DNA of 40,957 nt, taken from assembly GCA_044351405.1 (NCBI GenBank), contig JBILFU010000001.1, positions 1 to 40,957 of the forward strand, in the 5' to 3' direction. Below are positions 26,107-33,896 of the stretch, piece after piece; the stretch's first letter is position 1; every line of letters starts with the position of its first letter. The notes beneath the pieces were generated by a model. It did not search any database. It had not been told where the DNA came from and saw nothing but the letters and a program-made list of their open reading frames with translations. The translations under genes and the position numbers were made by a program. This DNA comes from Phycisphaerales bacterium (lineage in GTDB: Bacteria > Planctomycetota > Phycisphaerae > Phycisphaerales > SM1A02).

Positions 26107-28260
26107 ATGCGCATCGACCAGTACGCATACCAGCAAGCCACCCGCATCGCCGGCCTCGGCCTCGTCCTCCAGGCCGTCGTCACGCTGGCGCTGCTCCTGG
26201 TGGGCCGCCTGCTCGGCAGCACCGCCTTCTCGAGCGCCGTCGCGTTCGGCGTCGCCGGGTGCGCGGGCTGGGCTGTGCTCGTCGTGCTGTTCCACCAGCA
26301 CCGGCTCGCGGCCCTCGAGGCCGCGGAGGCCGACGAGCTCGGGGCATCGCGGGCCGCGTCGACCGTGTTCGACTCCGAGCGCTCCACGGACGGCCGCGTG
26401 GCGGCGCGCCGCCTGCAGCTCATGCAGCGGGTCATGCTCCCCCTGGCCAGCCTGGCGATCGCCGGGTTCCTGGGCTGGACCGGCGTCGCGACGGTCGCGT
26501 ACGTCAACTCGCTGTCGCTGCCCCCCGGCCCGGACGTCCCGGACGTCGCCCGCTTCTCGGTGGGCTCCTCGACGGGCTGGCAGCTCGCCGTGTGCGTCGG
26601 CCTGGCGCTGGCGGCCTTCATCTTCTCGCGCTTCGTCGCGGGCATGGCCCGCCAGCCCGCCTGGCAGAACCTGCGCGGCGGCGCGGGATTCATGGTCGCC
26701 ACGGCCCTGGTCCTCACGGCGATCGCGGGCGGCCTGGTCGCCACGGCGCTCGGCAAGGCCAAGGTGCTCGAGCCGATCGTCCTCGCCGTCGGGTGCGCGC
26801 AGGTCGCCTTCGCCGCGGAGGTGGTCCTCAACCTGGTGCTCGGCCTGTACCGGCCGCGCCGCGCCGGCGACAACCCGCGGGCGGCGTTCGATTCCCGCGT
26901 CCTCGGCCTGGTGGCGGCGCCCGACTCGATCGTCCGCTCCATCAACGAGGCGGTCAACTACCAGTTCGGCTTCGACATCACCTCCAGCTGGGGGTACCAG
27001 CTGCTCCTGCGGAGCACGGCGTGGCTGCTCGCGCTGGGCGCGGGCGCGCTCGTCCTCCTCTCGTGCGTCGTGGTGGTGCCGCCCGGCCAGCAGGCCGTGC
27101 GCCTGCGCGGCGGCGCGATCGTGGGCGAGCCCTGCGAGTCCAGCGTCATGCTCAAGTGGCCGTGGCCGCTCGAGACGGCCCTGGTCGAGGACGTCGGCCG
27201 GATCCGGACGCTCGCGCTCGGCCCGAAGCCGCTGAAGGTGCAGAAGGTCAACGTCTGGGAGGACGACGAGACCCGCGACTCGGACCGCTACCCGTACCTG
27301 GTCGCCGCGCCCGAGGTCCCCGCGGAGCTGAAGGACGGCGCGCCCGGCGCGCGGGATGCCGACTCGCCCGACGCCTCCTCGCGCGAGGTGTCGCAGCGCT
27401 TCGCGCTCGTCGACGCCGACGTGGTGGTCGACTACCGGATCGCCCCCGGCGGGCTCCTCGACTGGCTCGAGCTCTCGGCCGACACGCGCGTCCGGCGCAC
27501 GGGCACCGCGATGCGCGAGCGCCTCCTGCGCGGCATCGCGCTGCGCGAGGTGACGCTGCACATGTCGACGCAGCCGCTCGACTCCGTGCTCGCCCCCCGC
27601 GGCGACTCCCTGGTGCGGACCCTGCGCGAGCGCGTGCAGGCGGCGTTCGACGCGGCCCGGACCGGCGTGGAGGTGGTGGCGCTCCAGGTGCCCGCGCTTC
27701 GCCCGCCGGTGGGGGAGGGCGTCGGCATGTTCGAGGAGGTCTCGATCGACGTGCAGAACGCGCGCAAGCTCCGCGAGGAGGCCGAGCGCACGGCCCGCGC
27801 CACGATGGCCGCCATCGCCGGCAGCCCCGAGCGCGCCGCGGAGATCGTCGCCGCCATCGAGGCCGTCGACCGCGCCGAGCGCGAGCAGGGCCCCGAGGCC
27901 GCCGCGCCGCTGCGCGCCGAGGCGGAGCGGCTGGTCGCCGGCAGCACCGGCGCGGCCGCGAGCGTGATCGGCGCCGCCCGCGCCCGCAGGTGGGCGATCG
28001 TGATGGGCGCCGCGGGCGACTCCGCGGAGGTGCTCGGCCAGGCGCCGTCGTTCCGCGCCGCGCCCGAGCTCTACAAGCAGTTCCGCACCATGCAGGTGCT
28101 CGGGCGCGCGCTCTCCGGCGTGCGCGTCAAGTACGTGCTCGGGCCGGGCGTCCCCGGACGCGCGGAGATCGACATGACCATGAAGCAGGCGGAGTCCGGC
28201 CTGAACCTGGCGGACTACCTCGAGAAGAAGGAGAACCCCGCCGCCGCGGGGGGCAACTGA
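26107..28260 (+). CDS. Polytopic membrane domain fused to a C-terminal SPFH/band-7 (HflK/C-like) domain, 717 aa
   Basis: The first ~330 aa contain about 7 hydrophobic helices. Then VVVVPPGQQAVRLRGGAIVGEPCESSVMLKWPWPLETALVEDVGRIRT (SPFH entry motif) and a long Ala/Glu/Arg-rich helical region (EEAERTARATMAAIAGSPERAAEIVAAIE...) as in HflK/C coiled coils. Confidence 0.65.
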   Translation: MRIDQYAYQQATRIAGLGLVLQAVVTLALLLVGRLLGSTAFSSAVAFGVAGCAGWAVLVVLFHQHRLAALEAAEADELGASRAASTVFDSERSTDGRVAARRLQLMQRVMLPLASLAIAGFLGWTGVATVAYVNSLSLPPGPDVPDVARFSVGSSTGWQLAVCVGLALAAFIFSRFVAGMARQPAWQNLRGGAGFMVATALVLTAIAGGLVATALGKAKVLEPIVLAVGCAQVAFAAEVVLNLVLGLYRPRRAGDNPRAAFDSRVLGLVAAPDSIVRSINEAVNYQFGFDITSSWGYQLLLRSTAWLLALGAGALVLLSCVVVVPPGQQAVRLRGGAIVGEPCESSVMLKWPWPLETALVEDVGRIRTLALGPKPLKVQKVNVWEDDETRDSDRYPYLVAAPEVPAELKDGAPGARDADSPDASSREVSQRFALVDADVVVDYRIAPGGLLDWLELSADTRVRRTGTAMRERLLRGIALREVTLHMSTQPLDSVLAPRGDSLVRTLRERVQAAFDAARTGVEVVALQVPALRPPVGEGVGMFEEVSIDVQNARKLREEAERTARATMAAIAGSPERAAEIVAAIEAVDRAEREQGPEAAAPLRAEAERLVAGSTGAAASVIGAARARRWAIVMGAAGDSAEVLGQAPSFRAAPELYKQFRTMQVLGRALSGVRVKYVLGPGVPGRAEIDMTMKQAESGLNLADYLEKKENPAAAGGN

Positions 28261-28264
28261 AGCC

Positions 28265-29179
28265 ATGAACCGCACCATCGGCATCGTCGTCGGGGCGCTC
28301 ATCGTGGGCGTGCTCGTCCTCTACAACACGACGTACACGGTCAACTTCCACGAGATCGCCATCGTCACGCGCTTCGGCAAGCCCGCGGGCGTGGTGAAGG
28401 ACCCGGGCCTCCACCTGAAGGCCCCTTTCTTCGTGGACCAGGTGACGCGCCTGGACACCCGCCAGCAGCTGGTCGAGAGCCCGCTCGAGACCGTGCTCAC
28501 CCGCGACGGCCAGCAGGTCCTGGTGCAGGCGTACATGACCTGGCGCATCGACGCGGAGCCCGACGCCGCGCTGCGCTTCTTCACCAGCTACTCCTCGCTC
28601 GAGGGCGCCCAGCCCGCGCTGGAGACGCAGCTGCAGGGCGCCCTGCGCGCGATCGGCAGCTACCGGTTCGGCGACCTGGTCGGGCAGGGCAGCAAGCTCG
28701 CCGAGGCGGAGGCGTCGATCCTGGAGGACCTGCGCCGCACGCGCCTGGCGGGCACCGAGCCGGTCTCGGTGGGCATCTCTCAGGTGGTGCTGCCCAGCAA
28801 GACCTCGGTCGCCGTCCTGCGGCGCATGGCCGCCGTGCAGGAGACGCTCGCCAACCTGGAGGAGGCCAAGGGCGCCAGCGCCGCGGAGGCCATCCGCAGC
28901 CAGGCGAAGAGCCAGGCGGACATCATCATGAACTTCGCCGACCAGTGGGCCGCGCGCATCGAGGCCAAGGGAAACGAGGAGGCCACGCGCTACTACCAGG
29001 AGATGAAGGCCGAGTCCGAGCTCGCCATCTTCCTGGCCTGGCTGGACACCCTCAAGGCGTCGCTCGCCGAGAGCACCACGTACATCACCGACACGACCCG
29101 CGCGCCGTTCCACCTGATCGACCTCGACGCGCCGGTCGACGCGAAGGGCATCCCCCAGCCCGGCGCCGCGCGCAAGTGA
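28265..29179 (+). CDS. SPFH/band-7 domain protein, HflC-like
   Basis: N-terminal TM IGIVVGALIVGVLVLY, then TYTVNFHEIAIVTRFGKPAGVVKDPGLHLKAPFFVDQVTRLDTRQQ, which closely follows the HflC pattern. 4-nt gap from the upstream gene. Confidence 0.8.
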   Translation: MNRTIGIVVGALIVGVLVLYNTTYTVNFHEIAIVTRFGKPAGVVKDPGLHLKAPFFVDQVTRLDTRQQLVESPLETVLTRDGQQVLVQAYMTWRIDAEPDAALRFFTSYSSLEGAQPALETQLQGALRAIGSYRFGDLVGQGSKLAEAEASILEDLRRTRLAGTEPVSVGISQVVLPSKTSVAVLRRMAAVQETLANLEEAKGASAAEAIRSQAKSQADIIMNFADQWAARIEAKGNEEATRYYQEMKAESELAIFLAWLDTLKASLAESTTYITDTTRAPFHLIDLDAPVDAKGIPQPGAARK

Positions 29180-29192
29180 CCCCGAATCCGCC

Positions 29193-30605
29193 ATGACAGA
29201 GCCGACCGACAACGACCTGCCCGAGTCCGACGCGCCGCGCCGCGGTGCGAGCGCGCGCTTCGACGTCGGCGCCACGGCCGGCGCGCAGGCGGCCATGCGC
29301 GAGGCGATGGACCCGGCCAACCAGTCGCTCGCCGAGGCGCTGCGCCTGAGCTACCGGGTGCTGCAGCTTGCCATGCTCGCGCTGGTGGCGGTCTTCCTCC
29401 TCAGCGGCTTCCAGCAGGTGCAGGAGGGGCAGACGGGCGTGAAGACGCTGTTCGGCCGCATCGTCGGCGGCCCGGGGGCCGAGCAGGTCTCGCCGGGGCT
29501 GCAGCCCTTCTGGCCGTACCCGGTCGGCGAGGTGGTGCTCCTCCCGCAGAAGGACGCGGTCGAGCTGAACTCCGAGTTCTTCCCGCGCTTCCCGCAGGGC
29601 GCCTCCACCGTCGAGCTGGCCGCGGCCTCCACGACCACCGCGGACCCCATCCGTCCGGGCCGCGACGGTTCGCTCGTCACCGCCGACGGCGACCTCGCGC
29701 ACGTCCGCATCGTGGCCGAGTACCTCGTCGACGACCCGGTCCGCACGCTCGCCGAGTTCCGCCCCGACGCCCTGCGGGAGGTGGTCCGCAAGGCGCTGTG
29801 CCGGTCCATGGTGCAGGTGGCCGCGCAGTTCACGCTGCAGGAGCTCCTCGAGAACCGCGACGCGCCGGCCGACGCGCTGCGCGAGGGTGCGCAGCGGACG
29901 CTCGACGCCATGCGCGCCGGCGTCCGCGTCTCCTCGGTGGTGTTCGCGGAGCGGATGGCGCCGCTCGCCATCCGCAACGCCTTCGGCCGCGTGCAGGAGG
30001 CGCGCGAGGAGGCGAAGCTCGCGCTCGAGAAGGCGCAGCAGGAGGCGAACAAGACCCTCGTCGGCATGGCGGGCGCCGGCTGGGAGGAGCTGCTCGCGCT
30101 GGTCCAGGAGTACGAGGCCGAGCTCTCGCGCAACGACCTCGCGGCCGCGGACGCGGTCATGCAGCGGATCGGCGAGCGGCTGGAGGCGGGCTCCGCCGTC
30201 GGCCGGACCTCGGCGATCATCGCCCGTGCGCAGGCCTACCGAACCACCGTCCGCGCCACGCTGGGCAAGGAGGCCGGCCGCCTGGCGGGCCTGGCCCCCG
30301 CGTTCCGGGAGAACCCGGGGCAGCTCGTGCGCACCCTCTGGCTGGACGCGCTGCGCCAGGTGCTCTCCTCGCCCACCGCGGAGGTCGTCGCGGCCCCCGA
30401 GGAGGGAGGCGACTTCAACCTGGGCCTCGAGAGCTCCAACGACGTCATGCAGGCGCGGCGCAACGCCGAGGTCGAGCGCCGCAAGCGCCGCGCCCAGGAA
30501 CCCGTCGGCGGCGACCAGTACCAGCTCGGCAGCCGCCAGATCATGATCGACGCGCCCGGTCGCCGGCTCGACCGCTCGGCGAGCGGCGGCTTCGGCCGCG
30601 AGTGA
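29193..30605 (+). CDS. SPFH/band-7 domain protein, HflK-like
   Basis: Cytoplasmic N-terminal tail, TM LAMLALVAVFLLSGF, then QQVQEGQTGVKTLFGRIVGG...VSPGLQPFWPYPVGEVVLLP (HflK-type entry), a later SPFH core, and a helical region EAREEAKLALEKAQQEANK. Confidence 0.75.
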   Translation: MTEPTDNDLPESDAPRRGASARFDVGATAGAQAAMREAMDPANQSLAEALRLSYRVLQLAMLALVAVFLLSGFQQVQEGQTGVKTLFGRIVGGPGAEQVSPGLQPFWPYPVGEVVLLPQKDAVELNSEFFPRFPQGASTVELAAASTTTADPIRPGRDGSLVTADGDLAHVRIVAEYLVDDPVRTLAEFRPDALREVVRKALCRSMVQVAAQFTLQELLENRDAPADALREGAQRTLDAMRAGVRVSSVVFAERMAPLAIRNAFGRVQEAREEAKLALEKAQQEANKTLVGMAGAGWEELLALVQEYEAELSRNDLAAADAVMQRIGERLEAGSAVGRTSAIIARAQAYRTTVRATLGKEAGRLAGLAPAFRENPGQLVRTLWLDALRQVLSSPTAEVVAAPEEGGDFNLGLESSNDVMQARRNAEVERRKRRAQEPVGGDQYQLGSRQIMIDAPGRRLDRSASGGFGRE

Positions 30606-30624
30606 TGCGCCCAGGAGGCCCCCG

Positions 30625-31839
30625 ATGACCCGCGAGATGCCGTCGGCTGACGTGGTGGTCGAGGCGAACGGCCTCACCAAGGTCTTCTCCGACTTCTGGA
30701 TGCGCCGCAAGGCGGTCGCGGTGGACGGGATCTCCTTCCGCATCGAGCGCGACGAGATCTTCGGGCTGCTCGGCCCCAACGGGAGCGGCAAGAGCACCAC
30801 CATCAAGATGATCCTGGGGCTTCTGCACCGGACCCGCGGGCTGCTCTCGGTGTTCGGCCGCGAGCCGTCGGACGTCGCGGTCAAGCGGCGCATCGGCTAC
30901 CTGCCCGAGGAGAGCTACCTCTACCGCTTCCTCACGCCTGCGGAGACGCTCGACTTCTACGGCAAGCTCTTCGGCCTCGACCGCGCCGTGCGGCGCCGCC
31001 GCACCGCGGAGCTCCTGGAGATGGTCGGCATGACGCACGCCGCCGACCGGCAGGTGGGCGAGTTCTCCAAGGGCATGGCGCGGCGCCTGGGGATCGCGCA
31101 GGCGCTCATCAACGACCCCGACCTCCTGATCCTCGACGAGCCGACCTCGGGCCTCGACCCGCTCGGGTCGCGGCAGGTGAAGGACCTGATCCTCGACCTC
31201 GGCCGCCGCGGGAAGACCATCCTCCTCTCCAGCCACCAGCTCGACGACGTGCAGGACGTCTGCGACCGCATGGTGATCCTCTACGGCGGCAGGATCCGCA
31301 GCGAGGGCACCGTCGACCAGCTGCTCGAGGACACGGGCCGGACGGTGATCACCGTGCCCCGGCTCGACGCCGCCGCCGAGGCGCGCGTCCGCAGCGCGCT
31401 GCACGACTCCGCGCACGTGGACGTCGAGCGCATCGCCGCCCCGCGCCAGCGCCTCGAGGACCTCTTCCTCCGCATCGTCGAGCAGGCCCGCGCCGACCGC
31501 GCCACGACGAGCGGCGCGCTCGCCGGCGGCCCCACCGCCGCGTTCCTCCTCGGCGAGGACGCCGGGCGCGGGGAGGGCAGCGAACTGATCGCGGCGCTCG
31601 AGTCGGCGCCCGCGCCGGCGCAGGCGGCGTCCGCGGCGGCCGCCCCGGTCCCCGCGGCACCCGCCGCCGACCGGGCGGAGCTCGACCGGCTGGTCGCGCC
31701 CCCGCCGCCGGCCCCGGCGGCCCCCGCCGCCGCGCAGCCGCCCGCGGCCGGCCGTCCCGGTGCAGCGCCCCCGAGGCCCGCGCCCGACGTCGACCGCGGC
31801 GTCATCGACGACCTGCTGGGCGGAGGCGGGCGTCCGTGA
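30625..31839 (+). CDS. ABC-2 type transporter ATP-binding protein with ~100-aa Pro/Ala-rich C-terminal extension
   Basis: AGGAGG upstream. Walker A GPNGSGKSTT, signature FSKGMARRLGIAQAL, Walker B LLILDEPTSGLDP, H-loop LSSHQL. The tail from about nt 31525 reads ...APAPAQAASAAAAPVPAAPAADRAELDRLVAPPPPAPAAPAAAQPPAAGRPGAAPPRPAPD.... Confidence 0.88.
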   Translation: MTREMPSADVVVEANGLTKVFSDFWMRRKAVAVDGISFRIERDEIFGLLGPNGSGKSTTIKMILGLLHRTRGLLSVFGREPSDVAVKRRIGYLPEESYLYRFLTPAETLDFYGKLFGLDRAVRRRRTAELLEMVGMTHAADRQVGEFSKGMARRLGIAQALINDPDLLILDEPTSGLDPLGSRQVKDLILDLGRRGKTILLSSHQLDDVQDVCDRMVILYGGRIRSEGTVDQLLEDTGRTVITVPRLDAAAEARVRSALHDSAHVDVERIAAPRQRLEDLFLRIVEQARADRATTSGALAGGPTAAFLLGEDAGRGEGSELIAALESAPAPAQAASAAAAPVPAAPAADRAELDRLVAPPPPAPAAPAAAQPPAAGRPGAAPPRPAPDVDRGVIDDLLGGGGRP

Positions 31840-33893
31840 CCGAGCTGCTGCGGCGGCTCCACGAACTGCTCCGCGCGCGCCTCTCGACGCGCGCGGCGCG
31901 CATCGCGGCCACGGTGCTCGCCGTCGCCGGGACGGCGGCGGTGGGCGTGCCGCTGGTGCGGACCTCCTCGAGCCTCGCCGCGCAGCGCGTCGCCATCCTC
32001 GACGCCCTGCGGGAGTGCTCCGCCGCGCGCCGCGACCCGGCCGCCGTGCAGCTCATCGAGCGCGGCATGGTCCGCGTCGGCGACCGCGACTACGGCGGCC
32101 CGCTCGTCGTCGGCCGGCCGCTCGACCTCTTCGACGGCCGCGGCGAGATGCCCGCGGAGACCAAGGAGGACCTCTCCTGGCGGATGCTCGCCGACCAGGT
32201 GCCCGCGTGGATGCCCTATGCGCTCGTCAAGAGCCCGCCCGCGGTGGCGGTGCTCCTCGCCGGGGCGCTCGCCGCGGCGCTCGGTGCGGTCTGGGCCGGC
32301 TTCCTGCTCCCGGCGCTCGAGGGCGGCCTGCTGGTTGCCGCGGTCACCGCGTTCTGCTGGCGGATGGGCTGGACCGCGGCCGCGCAGTGGACGGTGAGCG
32401 CCGCGCTCTGCTTCCTGCTGTTCGGCTTCCTGTGGCAGTCGGTGCGGCTGCTGCTCTCCGCGCGCAGCGGCCCGGTGGCCGTCGCGGGCAACACGGCGCT
32501 CGAGGGAATCCGCACGCTGGCGCTCCCGGGCTTCGCGCTGCCGGTGGCGCTGCTCCTGCCGTTCCTGGCGCTGTCGCGCGAGCGCGGCGAGGCGCTGCTG
32601 CAGGCGATTCCCGCGTTCCTCGACTGGGGCCACACGGTGGCCTACGCGTTCGCCGCCATCTTCGTCATCCTGTTCGGCTGCGCCACCAGCGCCTTCGAGG
32701 TGCGCGACCGCCAGGTGTGGTCGGTGGTCACCAAGCCCGTCTCGGGCGGCGGGTGGCTCCTCGGCAAGTGGCTCGGCACGCTCGCGCTCGGCATGACCGT
32801 CGTCGTCGGCGGGACGCTGCTCCTGGGCCTCGGCGCGCGCTACCTGGCGGCGCAGCGCCCCCTCGACGAGCGCGACGCCCGCGACGTGCGCGAGACCGTG
32901 CTGATCGGCCGCGTCGGCACGCTGCCCGAGTACCAGGAGATGGACGCCGCCGCGCTGCGCGAGGCGATCGACGCCGAGATCGAGTCGGACGGCGTCATGC
33001 GGGCCGACATCGCCAACGGGCTCCGCGACGAGGCCGAGATCCGCCGCACGATCGCGGCGCGCCGCAAGCGAGAGTTCCTCGACCAGCAGCGCCGCATCGG
33101 CCCGGGCGACAGCCGCGAGTTCACCTTCCGCGGCCTCCGCGGCGCGGTCGACTCCGGACGGCGCGTCTCGCTGCGCTACCGCTTCCACGGCGGCGGCGAG
33201 GACGAGCACATGCGCTTCCCGGCGATGATCCAGTACGCGTCGGGCAAGGACGCCGGCTCCTGGGAGCTGCGCGAGTGGGTGCCCGGCGAGCCGTACACCG
33301 TCGCGCTCGACCCGAAGTTCGTCGACCCCGACGGCACGCTGCGCATCCGCATCTTCAGCGCCGGCTGGGACGAGGCGTCCAACCAGCCCGTTCCGGGCAC
33401 GATCACCATGTTCATGACCGACGACTCGCTGGAGGTCATGGCGGAGGACTCGACCTTCGCGGGCAACCTGGCCTCCGCCGCGGCGGTCGACCTGTGCAAG
33501 ATCGCGTTCCTGGCCGCGCTCGCCGTGTGCGCGGGCGCGCTCCTCAGCTTCCCGATCGCCGTGCTCCTGGCCTTCGGCGTGTTCGCGCTGGCGACGCTCG
33601 CGCCGTTCCTCTCGACGGCGCTCTCCAACTGGAACCCCGACGAGCGCAGCGGCGTCGTCATCTGGGCCTTCCAGCAGGCGGTGCTCGGCGTCGCGACCGC
33701 GGTCGAGTTCCTCCTGCGCGGATTCTCGGCGCGCAGCCCGAGCGACTCGCTCGCGCAGGGCCGCTCCATCACCTGGGCCGCGCTGTCCCAGGCCGCGCTG
33801 GGCATCGGCTTCCTGTGGACCTTCGGGACCCTGGCCGTCGGCTGGCTGGGCGTTCGGCGCAAGGAGATGGCCGTCTACGGCGGCAACGGCTGA
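31836..33893 (+). CDS. Large ABC-2-like permease / membrane protein (685 aa) with a central extracytoplasmic domain
   Basis: GTGA overlap with the ATPase stop. Multiple N-terminal TM helices. SAFEVRDRQVWSVVTKPVSGGGWLLGKWLG is paralogous to the block in the 24953..25996 permease. A soluble segment of ~200 aa is followed by C-terminal TM helices. Confidence 0.65.
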   Translation: MTELLRRLHELLRARLSTRAARIAATVLAVAGTAAVGVPLVRTSSSLAAQRVAILDALRECSAARRDPAAVQLIERGMVRVGDRDYGGPLVVGRPLDLFDGRGEMPAETKEDLSWRMLADQVPAWMPYALVKSPPAVAVLLAGALAAALGAVWAGFLLPALEGGLLVAAVTAFCWRMGWTAAAQWTVSAALCFLLFGFLWQSVRLLLSARSGPVAVAGNTALEGIRTLALPGFALPVALLLPFLALSRERGEALLQAIPAFLDWGHTVAYAFAAIFVILFGCATSAFEVRDRQVWSVVTKPVSGGGWLLGKWLGTLALGMTVVVGGTLLLGLGARYLAAQRPLDERDARDVRETVLIGRVGTLPEYQEMDAAALREAIDAEIESDGVMRADIANGLRDEAEIRRTIAARRKREFLDQQRRIGPGDSREFTFRGLRGAVDSGRRVSLRYRFHGGGEDEHMRFPAMIQYASGKDAGSWELREWVPGEPYTVALDPKFVDPDGTLRIRIFSAGWDEASNQPVPGTITMFMTDDSLEVMAEDSTFAGNLASAAAVDLCKIAFLAALAVCAGALLSFPIAVLLAFGVFALATLAPFLSTALSNWNPDERSGVVIWAFQQAVLGVATAVEFLLRGFSARSPSDSLAQGRSITWAALSQAALGIGFLWTFGTLAVGWLGVRRKEMAVYGGNG

Positions 33894-33896
33894 CCC

